Source: Verrucomicrobiota bacterium
Lineage (GTDB): Bacteria > Verrucomicrobiota > Verrucomicrobiia > Opitutales > Seribacteraceae
DNA length: 64,000 nucleotides
Direction: 5' to 3'
Assembly (NCBI GenBank): GCA_027622665.1
Contig: JAQBYT010000010.1
Location: forward strand, 56,768-120,767
Shown: piece by piece, positions 30,546 to 41,500 of the stretch
How the letters are laid out: each line of letters opens with the position of its first letter
Numbering within the stretch: the first letter of the stretch is position 1
Notes under the pieces: generated by a model
Told to the model about the DNA's origin: nothing
The model's input: the letters and a program-made list of their open reading frames with translations, nothing else
Databases searched by the model: none
Program-made: the position numbers and the translations under genes

Positions 30546-32744
30546 TCAATGATTGAAGAGAAACTCATTGCGATTGAGAATAGCCCAGCAAAGGTCCTCC
30601 AATGCCTTGCCCTTGTCCGTTGCTTTCTCCAGATATGCAAGGGCAATGGCCTTCTCCTTTTCATTCGGGAAGCGGGAAAGTGCAGACAGATGGAGATGTT
30701 CCACAATTTCAGGAAGAGGTTTCTTGGCTAAAAGAGACTTTCGAAAAAGTGAGTCACCAGCCGTCAGCATACCGTGAAAAAGTTTACCGTTAAAGAGTTG
30801 TAACGCCTGGCCAAGCCCGGCATCACCTGCCCGTTCACAAGAGCAGACAGTTTGCCGTTCAGGTTGACCAAAAACCTTCAAGAACTCAGTATCACCGATC
30901 ATGGAACGATTTCTTTGGGCAAGATCAGGTGCCGGCAGGTGTACCGCCTTGACCGTAACGGGAACCCCATAAAAGTTCATTGGCTTGCCAGTGACTTGCC
31001 CCAAAGCATCCACAAGCTGCTCCGCCTCAAGGCGTCGGGGTTCGCGAAAGGAGAAAAAGCGGGTATCATCACGGTTAAACTCATTGGACTCCCCGGAAGT
31101 CTGGTATACATTGCTGCTGACGATGGTTCTTATAAGATGGCGACGATCAAAACCGCTTCTGATGAAATCCCGCGAAAGTTCCTCCAATAAAGGCTCGTTG
31201 GAGGGAGGGTTAGTATCACGGAAATCATCAACGGGTTCAACGATTCCAATACCCATTAGAGCTGCCCAGATACGATTAACCTCCACCCTGGCAAAAAACG
31301 GGTTACTTGGCTTGGTCAACCATTCGGCGAAAACCTGACGGCGGTCCTTATCGGGAGGCAGAACAAAGGCACCCGTATCAGGCACCCAAGGCGCCACGTG
31401 CCTGCCGGCGACAGGATGGCGAACCTCACCTTTCTTGGCATCCCAAATAAACGTTTCTCCACCATTCCCTAGTTTCTTGGTTTTAATGCGCGCAAAAAAA
31501 GCGGTGAGTCCGTAGTAGTTGTCCTGCGTCCATCGCTCGAAGGGATGATTATGGCATTTTGCACACTGGATTCGGGAGCCTAGAAAAAGTTGCGCTGTCG
31601 ACTCCATGGCATCCTCAGCATTAATTGTCGTTCGGATAAAATTAGCCTCAGGATTCAGCAAAGAACTGCCTTTAGCGGTAAGTAAATCCCGAGCAAAATC
31701 GTCGTACGGCTGATTGGCAGAAATGGATCGTTCCAGCCAATCGGCGAATTTATATACAGCACTCTCCCCAACCTGTTTCCTTGAAAGACGAAGAAGGTCC
31801 CCCCATTTGCGTGCCCAATACTTGGCATAGTCAGGAGAATCCAATAAACTCTCAATCAGTTGAGATCGCTTGGCCGGAGTTTCATCTGAGAGAAAGGTCC
31901 GAGCCACTTCCGCTTGCGGAAGCAACCCTGTAAGGTCGAGGTGAATTCGGCGAAGAAAAGCGGCATCGGCAATCAAGGGGGAAGGAGGGTAATGCAGCAG
32001 ACGAAGCTTGGCGTAGACCTTGTCGTCGATGTAGTTGACAGCAGGAGGTGCCTTCCAAGTAAAGCCCTCTGGTTTTCGGGAAAAGGTGATACGAATACTT
32101 TGTACTTGCTCCAGATATCGCACAAGGATGGCAACCTGCCCACGGCTGTTTCCGGTCACCTTTCCCGAGCCATCCACCACCGCAATGTTTTCATCTGAAG
32201 TTGTGAAAACAGCAAGGCGAGTCACATCCCGGGAAGAACCATCGGAAAAAGTGGCCCGGGCGCCAAGTTGAAGAGAAAATTCAGGCCACTTTAAAAGCTT
32301 TGATTCACCTGGGGTGATCTCGAGCTCAACACATTGGTTGTCCTCCACAGGTGTCGGACAACCTTCGCGAATCCATTCACGAATAAGGTTGTAGGCATAA
32401 CCATCAGGTTTCAGACGTTCACCCCCCTCATGAGCAATGGCCATTGTGGGCTTCAACAGGAGAAGGCTTTTGCTGGGTTCAATAAGATTGATTCTCCGCC
32501 CCAATTCCTCTCGAAAGATCGTATGGGAATCAAGGGAAGGATCGAAAGCCCGAAGAGAAAGCCTAAAGTGGCCCTTGCCATGTGGTGAACCATGGCAACT
32601 CCCCTGACTGCACCCTTGTTTCGATAGAATGGGGAGTACCTCGTGGTTAAAGGAAACATGTGACTTTCCATCACAAATCATATGCCCAAAAACAACTAGG
32701 GACAGGACTGGGCACCTGATTTTCATGTAAATCTGTCCTACCAT
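30546..32744 (-). CDS. DUF1549 + DUF1553 protein with Ig-like (Big_2-type) domain
   Basis: GCSQGSCHG, Ig-like ATFSDGSSRDVT, NYIDDKV, FLRRIHLDLTG, CAKCHNHPFERW, PPSNEPLL, CSCER and EFLFNH terminus. Alternative start at 32726. Confidence 0.9.
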   Translation of the reverse strand: MVGQIYMKIRCPVLSLVVFGHMICDGKSHVSFNHEVLPILSKQGCSQGSCHGSPHGKGHFRLSLRAFDPSLDSHTIFREELGRRINLIEPSKSLLLLKPTMAIAHEGGERLKPDGYAYNLIREWIREGCPTPVEDNQCVELEITPGESKLLKWPEFSLQLGARATFSDGSSRDVTRLAVFTTSDENIAVVDGSGKVTGNSRGQVAILVRYLEQVQSIRITFSRKPEGFTWKAPPAVNYIDDKVYAKLRLLHYPPSPLIADAAFLRRIHLDLTGLLPQAEVARTFLSDETPAKRSQLIESLLDSPDYAKYWARKWGDLLRLSRKQVGESAVYKFADWLERSISANQPYDDFARDLLTAKGSSLLNPEANFIRTTINAEDAMESTAQLFLGSRIQCAKCHNHPFERWTQDNYYGLTAFFARIKTKKLGNGGETFIWDAKKGEVRHPVAGRHVAPWVPDTGAFVLPPDKDRRQVFAEWLTKPSNPFFARVEVNRIWAALMGIGIVEPVDDFRDTNPPSNEPLLEELSRDFIRSGFDRRHLIRTIVSSNVYQTSGESNEFNRDDTRFFSFREPRRLEAEQLVDALGQVTGKPMNFYGVPVTVKAVHLPAPDLAQRNRSMIGDTEFLKVFGQPERQTVCSCERAGDAGLGQALQLFNGKLFHGMLTAGDSLFRKSLLAKKPLPEIVEHLHLSALSRFPNEKEKAIALAYLEKATDKGKALEDLCWAILNRNEFLFNH

Positions 32745-32767
32745 TTTTTAGTACCCTTCATAATATA

Positions 32768-34822
32768 TTATTTACCTGCCAGTTCAATTGTAACCTTATT
32801 GGAAAAAACACGCATATAACGAGCATTCTCAAGTTCCCCAAGGACAGAGGCTGAAACCACAATTTCACCACCCGGAATTGCGTTCTTTGGGATATTTAAT
32901 TTCAGGATAGAAAAACCTTTTTCTTCATCGAGATCCTGAGCTTTGACTGGAACCTTCCATTCTTGGGGAAACCCATGCCAAGAAGTTTTCGGCTTTAGGA
33001 AACGGAAAGATTTGTCCTTCTTTTTCAAGAAAACCTTAATCTCTACTACATCCCCGGGTTTTCCGCTTATTGGATCTAGAAACACCTCAATCTTCCTTGG
33101 CATAACAAACAAAGGGATTCGATTAATCAATTCTACGGGAGGAAATAAAATATTTGGCAGAACGTTCTGGAAGGCTGACGTAAAGTCGAGAACGTCGGTC
33201 CACTCCTGTGGAGTATCGCCCTCTTTGGAGTAAGAAGCGCGCAGACGCAGTAAATCCCATTCGCCAGGTTTCATGGCTTCGGGCACATGAATTTCAAAGT
33301 CAAAATTGCCCTTTTCCTTGCCAATGTCGGAAGAACCGAAAACCTCGTAATCCCCACGGTCACCAAATGGAGTTAAGCCAATGGTTTCATTGAAACTTTT
33401 ACGCAGGGTCTTGAGTTTCAGTGTGACGGTCGAACCAGGTTGGCCGGAGACAGTCAAGTGAGGAGCTTTTCCTGCATCCCAATGAAAACTAAGCGGTGTA
33501 GCCTGAATATGGGCGGAAATGGAATAGTAATAAGCCGGAGTCCCACGACCAGCCAATTCACTGACACGAAGAAAGACACGCCCATCTGCAGGCGCTACAT
33601 GGCGAAGAGGTTCCTCGACTGAGTTACCCTCCCCTGCGGAAGCCAGAATCCGGCCTTTTTCATCCTGCAGAGAAAGCAAAAGAAAAGAAGGTGATCCCAG
33701 GCTGCGGCAGAAAGGACGGAAATGCAGATACTGCCCCTTCTTTAAGTCGAAAGCGTAGATATCGACGTCATCCGGCATTTGCAAACGCCCATTGAGGGTT
33801 ACGGAGGATTCAATCAAATGGGCTTCAGAAAATTGATTATTTGGTTCCTTCTCGATAAATTGAGGCTCTTCCACCAGTCGCAGTGGAACAAAGCCGGATG
33901 CATTATGTTCACTACCCCTAAAACCAAGACTGTGCCGGGATGGTGTGCCGTAAAGACCAGATGCCCGGGTGGATCGGGAAAGTGAGGTTTCTCCTGAAGA
34001 GTCCACGGATACAAAGGATGTCTCTATCCCTGCCTGAGCAACCATTGGAAAGGCAGCCATTGGTAATGGGAAATTGCCGACCCGCAATCGATAGAACTTA
34101 CCACCCTGATAGCGAACTTCCCTAACCTCAATATAGGCTGTTTCATCCTTGCTGAAAACATGAGCTAATCGAGGGTCCTTACCGGATCCCGGTTCATCAT
34201 CGGAGGCAGCGAGAATCCGTCCACTTGCATCCAACAGCTTAAGAACAGCATCCACATCCTCCCCAAGGCGACTGCCTATAACTTCAATGGCAATCCGTTG
34301 ACCGGACCTAGCTTTCAACTTGTAATAGTGAACGTCAAGATTTGGAGTCTTCGACTCAATGCCAAGCGGTGGATCTAGGAGAACTGAATCGTGGCGGCGA
34401 GTGGTGGGTTCCACCTTGCGAGTCGGCAGATCATCGACAAGAAAAAGGATCGGGGGAGTGATACCCATAGAGGTCACCAAGCGAAGCCAACCCACACCCA
34501 CTTGGACATCCTCCTTCAATGACACCTTCAGGCGAACCTTGTTTCTGGGCTGTGCACCCAAGCCATCCGCAGGTGGCTTGGGTTCCTCACTAATAATTTC
34601 CTGCCGACAGGGGAAGGAAGCAAGTATCACCAAATCACCATCACCAGAAAAGCCGAGATTCTTGCCGGTAAATTCAAGTTCAACTGGCTCGCCAACAATT
34701 ACCGTCCTTGGTGAAACTGATGAAATTTGCTGAGCCCCAACCAACGGAGGCAGGATAACGATCATGAACAAGCCGAAGTGAACTCGCAGGTTCTCCACTT
34801 TCGAGTAAAGAAAAGCACACAT
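32768..34822 (-). CDS. PPC (pre-peptidase C-terminal) domain-containing secreted protein
   Basis: GQRIAIEVIGSRLG..DAVLKLLDASG...DPRL, YRLRVG, EKEPNN and NGRL..PDDVDIY motifs typical of PPC-repeat proteins in PVC DUF1501 operons. No catalytic triad seen. Confidence 0.8.
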   Translation of the reverse strand: MCAFLYSKVENLRVHFGLFMIVILPPLVGAQQISSVSPRTVIVGEPVELEFTGKNLGFSGDGDLVILASFPCRQEIISEEPKPPADGLGAQPRNKVRLKVSLKEDVQVGVGWLRLVTSMGITPPILFLVDDLPTRKVEPTTRRHDSVLLDPPLGIESKTPNLDVHYYKLKARSGQRIAIEVIGSRLGEDVDAVLKLLDASGRILAASDDEPGSGKDPRLAHVFSKDETAYIEVREVRYQGGKFYRLRVGNFPLPMAAFPMVAQAGIETSFVSVDSSGETSLSRSTRASGLYGTPSRHSLGFRGSEHNASGFVPLRLVEEPQFIEKEPNNQFSEAHLIESSVTLNGRLQMPDDVDIYAFDLKKGQYLHFRPFCRSLGSPSFLLLSLQDEKGRILASAGEGNSVEEPLRHVAPADGRVFLRVSELAGRGTPAYYYSISAHIQATPLSFHWDAGKAPHLTVSGQPGSTVTLKLKTLRKSFNETIGLTPFGDRGDYEVFGSSDIGKEKGNFDFEIHVPEAMKPGEWDLLRLRASYSKEGDTPQEWTDVLDFTSAFQNVLPNILFPPVELINRIPLFVMPRKIEVFLDPISGKPGDVVEIKVFLKKKDKSFRFLKPKTSWHGFPQEWKVPVKAQDLDEEKGFSILKLNIPKNAIPGGEIVVSASVLGELENARYMRVFSNKVTIELAGK

Positions 34823-34834
34823 CGGTATCGATGG

Positions 34835-35734
34835 TTAAGGGTTCGCGGTAATCTTGCCCGAAGACGGGACTTTCACCATGTAGAGATCAAACTTCCCTTT
34901 GCGTTCTGAGACAATGGCCAGTTGCTTGCCATCCGGATGCCATGCCGGGTAGTCATCGCGCTCCTCACTATCAGTTACCCGCCTTACATTGGCCCCGTCA
35001 ATGTTCATCACGTAAACATTGTAAAAACCATTCCGTAAGCTGGTAAAGGCAATCTGCTTTCCATCCGGTGATACAACCGGGCGGATATCCATGATGGTAT
35101 TCTCCGTCAGCCTTTTCTCGTTGGATCCACCAGCATCCATGGAGTAAATCTCGTAGTTATTCTCCCGGGTATTGGAGAAAATAATAGTCTTTCCGTCAGG
35201 GGTGAATGAAGGCCAGTTGGAAATACCTTCACACTGGGTCAACTGCTTCTTGTTCTTGGCCTCCATGTCCACCGACCATAATTGCTGGGGGCCCTTCTCC
35301 GCAAAGGCGTAGACGACAACGGAATTATCCGGTGCAAAGGCAGGACTGCGTGTGCCTCCACGACCACTGTGCTTAACGAAGTAATCCTTTTTATCCACCA
35401 AATCCTTGATAACAAATTGAGCCGTCAGGTTACCTATGCACTCGGTGTAGGAAACATATCGACCGTCCTGGGAAAAAGCCACCTCCACATGGTGACGGTT
35501 GGCACTTTCGTAATAAGGTTTGGTCTCGAGAGTCTCGAGATCGATCTGCCAGAGACGAATGAGGTCGCGGTTTTCATCAACACCATAAACCAAGGTGGTT
35601 CCACCATCAATGAAGGCGGGATCACGCTTGTTCGATCCATCGGTCGTGAGCGGAATGGGCTTGGCGGATAAAAACCCTGCAGTTATCAAACCAACGAGCT
35701 GTAAACAGCCCCCCGAAAAACTATAAAAGTTCAT
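34835..35734 (-). CDS. TolB-like / PD40 beta-propeller protein
   Basis: Repeated PxxSPDGxxIAF-like motifs (PAFAPDN, PSFTPDG, PVVSPDG, PAWHPDG). Start likely ATG 35734, overlapping the DUF1501 stop. Confidence 0.88.
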   Translation of the reverse strand: MNFYSFSGGCLQLVGLITAGFLSAKPIPLTTDGSNKRDPAFIDGGTTLVYGVDENRDLIRLWQIDLETLETKPYYESANRHHVEVAFSQDGRYVSYTECIGNLTAQFVIKDLVDKKDYFVKHSGRGGTRSPAFAPDNSVVVYAFAEKGPQQLWSVDMEAKNKKQLTQCEGISNWPSFTPDGKTIIFSNTRENNYEIYSMDAGGSNEKRLTENTIMDIRPVVSPDGKQIAFTSLRNGFYNVYVMNIDGANVRRVTDSEERDDYPAWHPDGKQLAIVSERKGKFDLYMVKVPSSGKITANP

Positions 35735-37070
35735 GAATGATTTTTCCTCCGTCCAGCACATTCATCTCCGCCCTCTCCCTTGCACCTATACCACTTAGCT
35801 CGGCAATGGTGGTACCCATCATGAGGGGGGTTATGGGTTCGGTCACTGGATGTTCGCCCCGTTTATCACTCTCCCCAATGACGCGACCAGGTTGAATCCC
35901 CGCTCCTGCCCAGACTGAAAAGTAACAATCCTTATGGTGCTCTCGGGCAGCTCGATTGCTGATCTTTGGGGTACGTCCAAACTCGCCTGTGGCAATAACT
36001 AGCGTGTCCTCAAGAAGTCCACGGCTGTTCATGTCATCCAGAAGGGCGGAAAAGGCCCGGTCGAAGATTGGGCAATGCCTATCCTGCAAAAGCTCAAAAT
36101 TATAAATGTGGGTGTCCCATCCAAAGTCCCCGTTGGGGGTGAAGGTCTCCACATACTCGCTCCAGTTTACCTGCACATAAGGTACGCCGGTTTCCACCAG
36201 TCGACGGGCAAGAAGGCAACTTTGCCCGAATGAGGTTTGTCCATAAGCATCACGGGTGGACTGGGATTCGGTCGTGAGGTCAAAAGAATCTCGGGCCTTT
36301 GGGTCTGTCAACAAACCGTATGCCGCATGATGAGCCTGGTTCCATCCAGCTACACCAGCACCCTCCAAAGTGCGACTTGTGTCGTCCAGTTGAGCCATCA
36401 ACCTGCGCCGGTCATGAATTCGGTTGGGCGTCATTCCGGACAATAGATCCAGAGTGGGTATGCCCACCTTTCCATTCTCGGAGCAACTAACAAGGAAAGG
36501 ATCGTATGCCTTGCCAAGGGTGCCTCCACCGTAACCCTCAATTCTCCGGGGCAAATCCCGTGGAATACCTTGACCCAAGTAGAAGAACGGAGGCAAGGCA
36601 CCCGAACGCCCACGATGCTTGGATACAATCGATCCGAAATTAGGATGTACTGTCGGGTTTTCCTCATACCCGGTGAGGCCCACTGTCCCCGCGCCGGGAT
36701 GTCCCCCGTTGGTGGTTTGCATCGATCGAATCACGGAATAAAGATGGCTTCGCTTGGCCAGTTGAGGTAGCAGCTCAGTCACTTGAAGCCCATCTGTCTT
36801 TGTGGGTATGACCCCAAACGGCCCTCGATATTCCATCGGGGCATCCGGTTTCGGGTCGAAGGTATCGATGTGACTTGGACCACCCCACAACCAGAGAAGG
36901 ATGACGGACTTGGCCTTGGCACGATCTCCCAGTTTACGCGCAGCCTCCAAATCGAGCCCGCCATAACCGGCGCCAAATGCAAAAGGTAAGGCTGATGCCG
37001 TCTTCAGGAAAGATCGCCGACCAATTCCATTTTCACAATCTCTTGTTTTGAAATTTCCGAAATCTAACAT
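35721..37070 (-). CDS. DUF1501 protein, distinct subfamily heading a five-gene operon
   Basis: DC..GIGRRSFL, LWLWGGPSHIDTFDPKPDAPMEYRGPF, FGQSCLLARRLVE, WDTH, GEFGRTP and AREHH. Confidence 0.9.
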   Translation of the reverse strand: MLDFGNFKTRDCENGIGRRSFLKTASALPFAFGAGYGGLDLEAARKLGDRAKAKSVILLWLWGGPSHIDTFDPKPDAPMEYRGPFGVIPTKTDGLQVTELLPQLAKRSHLYSVIRSMQTTNGGHPGAGTVGLTGYEENPTVHPNFGSIVSKHRGRSGALPPFFYLGQGIPRDLPRRIEGYGGGTLGKAYDPFLVSCSENGKVGIPTLDLLSGMTPNRIHDRRRLMAQLDDTSRTLEGAGVAGWNQAHHAAYGLLTDPKARDSFDLTTESQSTRDAYGQTSFGQSCLLARRLVETGVPYVQVNWSEYVETFTPNGDFGWDTHIYNFELLQDRHCPIFDRAFSALLDDMNSRGLLEDTLVIATGEFGRTPKISNRAAREHHKDCYFSVWAGAGIQPGRVIGESDKRGEHPVTEPITPLMMGTTIAELSGIGARERAEMNVLDGGKIIHELL

Positions 37071-37117
37071 TTCAGATACATTAGGCGTATCGTAAAAAAA
37101 AGTATAGAATAAACAGC

Positions 37118-38581
37118 CTAAACCAAGACATTTTTCACAACGCGTCCGTGTACATCTGTGAGCCGAAAGTGTCTTCCTTGGTACTTGTAGGTGAGGCGCT
37201 CATGGTCGATTCCGAGCAGATGCAGGATAGTTGCGTGGAAATCGTGCACGTGGACCCCGTTCTCGGCGACGTTGTAGCTGTATTCGTCGGTGCGTCCGTA
37301 GGAGAAGCCTGGCTTGGCGCCGCCTCCGGCCATCCAGATGGAGAAGCAGCGGGGATGGTGATCGCGACCGAAGTTCTTTGCGTCGAACTTGCCTTGGCAA
37401 TAGTTGGTGCGCCCAAACTCCCCTCCCCAAACGACTAAGGTGTCTTCCAGCATGCCGCGTGCCTTCAGGTCGGTAACGAGGGCGGCAGATGCTTGGTCGG
37501 TTTCCTTGCACTGGCGGCGGATTCCTCCGGGCAGACCACCATGCTGGTCCCACCCTGGGTGGTAAAGTTGAATGAAACGAACATCTTGTTCGGCCAATCG
37601 GCGAGCAAGTAGGCAGTTGGCGGCGAAAGTCCCCGGCTTACGGGCATCTTGGCCATAGAGCTGGAAGGTCGAGTCCGGTTCTTTGCCAAGGTTGGTCACC
37701 TCGGGAATGGATGATTGCATCCTGTAACCCATCTCATATTGCGCGATGCGTGTTTCCAACCTGGGGTCTCCCGTTCGTTCCAGCTGCAATTCGTGAAGAT
37801 CCTTGAGGCGATCGAGCATCTTTCTCCGTCCCTCGGAGGATACGCCCTTGGGGCTGTTGAGGTAGAGGATAGCGTCTTTGTCGGGCCGAAACCTCGTGCC
37901 GGCATGTTTACCGGGAAGAAAGCCGCTTCCCCAGAGGCGTGACACCAGTGGTTGCCCCCCTTTGTTCTTGGTCACCAAGGTGACGAAGTTGGGCAGGTTT
38001 TGGTTCATCGTGCCGAGTCCGTGGGAGAGCCATGCGCCCATGCTGGGCCGTCCCGGAAACTGAGAACCTGTCTGCATAAAGGTCACTCCGGGCCCATGGT
38101 TAATAGCCTCGGTGTACATTGATTTCACGATGCAAAGATCGTCGGCGATTTTAGCCGTTTCGGGAAGCAGGTCGCTCATCCAGTGGCCACTCTTTCCGTG
38201 TTGGGAAAACTTGAAAGGTGAACCGACCAGAGGCAAGCTTGCCTGATTACCCGACATGCCGGTCAAGCGCTGCCCCTTGCGAATCGAGTCTGGGAGTTCC
38301 TTACCGGTTTCCTTGATCAATCGTGGCTTGTGATCGAATAAGTCGATTTGGGAAGGAGCCCCTGACTGGAACAGAAAGATCACGCGCTTGGCCTTGGCCG
38401 CATGATGGAGACCGTTTCCGGTTTCGGCATGCAGCATATTGGCGAGGGCGATTCCGCCCAAGCCGCCCCCGAAGCGTTGCAGAAAGCCCCGACGGTCAAG
38501 CCCGAGGGCGGATTCGAATCCCGTGCATTTGGATGAATGTTTTATGTCAATGGGAGTTTTACCGTTTGGAGATGCTTGCAT
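37118..38581 (-). CDS. DUF1501 protein (cassette D), Tat signal
   Basis: DRRGFL, FQSGAPSQIDLFDHKP, INHGPG, GWDQH, GGEFGRT and GRDHHP. Start uncertain: the only in-frame ATG ahead of the RR motif overlaps the partner gene by 23 nt. Confidence 0.9.
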   Translation of the reverse strand: MQASPNGKTPIDIKHSSKCTGFESALGLDRRGFLQRFGGGLGGIALANMLHAETGNGLHHAAKAKRVIFLFQSGAPSQIDLFDHKPRLIKETGKELPDSIRKGQRLTGMSGNQASLPLVGSPFKFSQHGKSGHWMSDLLPETAKIADDLCIVKSMYTEAINHGPGVTFMQTGSQFPGRPSMGAWLSHGLGTMNQNLPNFVTLVTKNKGGQPLVSRLWGSGFLPGKHAGTRFRPDKDAILYLNSPKGVSSEGRRKMLDRLKDLHELQLERTGDPRLETRIAQYEMGYRMQSSIPEVTNLGKEPDSTFQLYGQDARKPGTFAANCLLARRLAEQDVRFIQLYHPGWDQHGGLPGGIRRQCKETDQASAALVTDLKARGMLEDTLVVWGGEFGRTNYCQGKFDAKNFGRDHHPRCFSIWMAGGGAKPGFSYGRTDEYSYNVAENGVHVHDFHATILHLLGIDHERLTYKYQGRHFRLTDVHGRVVKNVLV

Positions 38582-41500
38582 CGAAGTTCATGAGGGCCGA
38601 AATTAGCATAGTGACTGCGGCGAGGTGAGTCGGATCGTCCGTTTTCGTCTTGAATTCGCCAGTCAACTGCGGTCTGTGAGTGAAGAATTCCTTGGCCTTG
38701 GACAGGTCGGAGAAGACCACTTTTTGTTCGGCCAGCAATTGGTAGAGAATCTTGAGTTCCTGCTTCTCGGGCTTTCGACTGGTAAGTAGGCGGAAGGCAT
38801 GGGCCACGAGTTTGTCGTCTTTTTGCTTTCCGAACTTATCCACCAGCTTATGGGCGGTTACCCGGGCCGCTTCGACAAATTGGGGGCCATTGAGCAGAAC
38901 AAGAGTTTGGGAGGGAGAGTCCGTTCGTTCTCGCCGCACCATGCAGACGTCACGTTTCGAGGAGTCAAAGGTCATCATCACGGGAGCCGGGGCAGTTCTC
39001 TTCCAGAAAGTATAAACGCTCCGGCAATACACGTTGGGCGCCCGGTCAGGGTTGATGACCTTAAAGGAAACCTTAAGGTCATAGGGCTTCACGCCCGGGC
39101 CTCCCTTCTTGCGGTGGAGCAAACCACTGACCGCCAGCGCGGAGTCCCGCACCATTTCGGCGGGAAGACGGTAGGCAGGGCCTCGTGAAAGCAAAAGGTT
39201 TTCCGGGTCGAGGTCCCTGTCCGTGCGAGTGAGTTCGCTCCCTTGGCGGTAGGTGGAGGAGAGGACCATTTGCCTGAACAGGTGACGGAGATCCCAACCC
39301 GAATCGATAAAATCCCGGGCCAGCCAATCGAGCAGCTCGGGGTGGGTGGGTGGCTTGCCTTGGCTTCCGAAATCCTCGGAGGTGGATACCAAACCTCGCC
39401 CGAAGATCATTTGCCAATAGCGGTTGATCGTGACCCGGGCCAAAAGGGGGTGATTAGGGGAAGTCAGCCAGCGGGCCAAGCCCAAGCGGTTTGAAGGATT
39501 TGATTTATCCACTGAAGGAAGAAAGCCCGGCGTTTCGGCGGTCACGACTTCCTTTCGGTCCGAATACAGGCCCCGATTGAGTATATGGGTCTCGCGATTA
39601 CCCGGCATCTCGCGCATCACCATGATCTCGGGAATGCGTTGCCGGGCCTCGCCAAAGGCCTCCCGTTCTTTTCTCAGCTGAATCGCCTGCTTTAGGTAGG
39701 GTTCGTAGGCGGACTGAAGAAAGATCTCGAAAAGGTCTTCCTTGGTTGCTTCAGAATCAAATTGAGCTAGGGAGCGGACCTCAGAACCAGTCAGTTTCCG
39801 ATCATAGACATAGAGTTCGTCGACCGAACCGTTCTTGAAGCCGCGGTCCCGCATCCGCTGTCCCAAGGCCAGAAAGGGGTCTCCACCACCAGTTATCTCG
39901 CGGGTCAGGTGGTCCCGGATGACCTCGGATTCGAGAAGGACGCCGTTCTCGAAGAGTTCCATTCCTTTGGCCATCGAAGAACCGTCGTAGGTCACTGCCA
40001 AGTGAGTCCACTTGTCCAGAGGGACGACTTTCTTCGAGCGAATGCGTACGGCGTTGCCCGGCCAGAAATGAACGAGAGCGAAAGAAGGTTTTCCCTCTTC
40101 CAAAAGTAATTCGTACCCGCGGCTTGCAGCATCGGTCCAAGCCTTGGATCGACGGGCCACCACCCCTCTGTCAAGAAGCTGACTGGGGTTGACCCAGAGG
40201 GCCAGACTGAAGGGTTGGTGCCGATTGAAGTCGCCGACTCCCTTGGGCAGGTTGACTGGGTCGTCTCCGGTCAGCTTCATGGCCTGGTGCATTTTGCCCT
40301 CCACGAGCTTGTTGTTTGCCGAACTGCTGGCCGGCTTTTTCGGATCAACGGAGTTGCTCAGTTTACCGCCCTTGAACTCGTCGAAGCTCAAGTGGGCAAC
40401 GGGGCCGGACAATTCAAGAACTTCCCCTGACTGGTTCCCATCCCATTTGGCAAAGGCATCGTTGGCCTCATCGGAGTTCTCCACCTTTCGGAGTTGCTCT
40501 TGGGCCTGCCGAATTCCCTCATCGCTGGGGAGATCCCCGAGTTCCAGGGTGGGAGTCGGAACCGAACCCGTGAAATAGGAATAGAGCCCCGATTCGTCGA
40601 CGTTGTTGAAAAACGCCGACAACGAATAGTAGTCCTTTTGGGTGATCGGGTCGTACTTGTGGTCGTGGCATCGCGAACACTCGAAGGTAAGACCGAGGAA
40701 GGCGGTACCGACGGTATGGACGCGGTCGGCGACGTACTCGATGCGGAATTCCTCAGGCACGCTTCCTCCCTCGACTTTCTGGGAGTGCAGGCGATTGAAG
40801 CAAGTGGCCAGAATCTGATCGCGGGTGGCATGGGGAAGCAGGTCGCCGGCGATTTGCTCGGTCACGAACTGGTCATAGGAAAGATTCTCGCGGAAGGCTT
40901 TGATAACCCAGTCCCGCCATGGCCAGACATAGCGATTGCGGTCAACTTGGTAGCCGTAGGTATCGGCATAGCGTGCGACATCCAGCCACTCGGCGGTCAT
41001 GCGTTCGGCGTAGGCATCAGAATCAAGGAGACGATCTACGGCCTTTTCGTATGCATTGGCTTCCTTGTCGGCGAGAAAATCGTCCAATTCATCCAAAGTC
41101 GGAGGCAATCCGGTGAGGTCGAAGGTTACGCGACGAAGCAAAGTTTCACGGTTTGCTTCATCGGAAGGATGCAGACCGCTGTTCTTCAGTTCGTGAGCAA
41201 TGAAATGATCGATCTCGTTGCGAGGGTCCGAGCTGTCGCTCCGGGGAACGGGAACGCTTGCAGGGAGTGGCTCGAAGGACCAATGCTTCTGGTATTTCCC
41301 ACCCTCCAGGATCCATTGGTCGAGAAGATCCTTTTCCTTGGGGGACAGGGGAAGCTTCGCCTTGAGCGGCGGCATGACCTCGTCCGACTCGTCGCTGCGG
41401 ATACGCCAGTGGAGTTCGGAATCCTCCAGCTTACCGGGAACCAGTGCAACTACGCCGCCATGAGACTTTACGGCATTCTCGAAGGAATCGAGCCTCAGCT

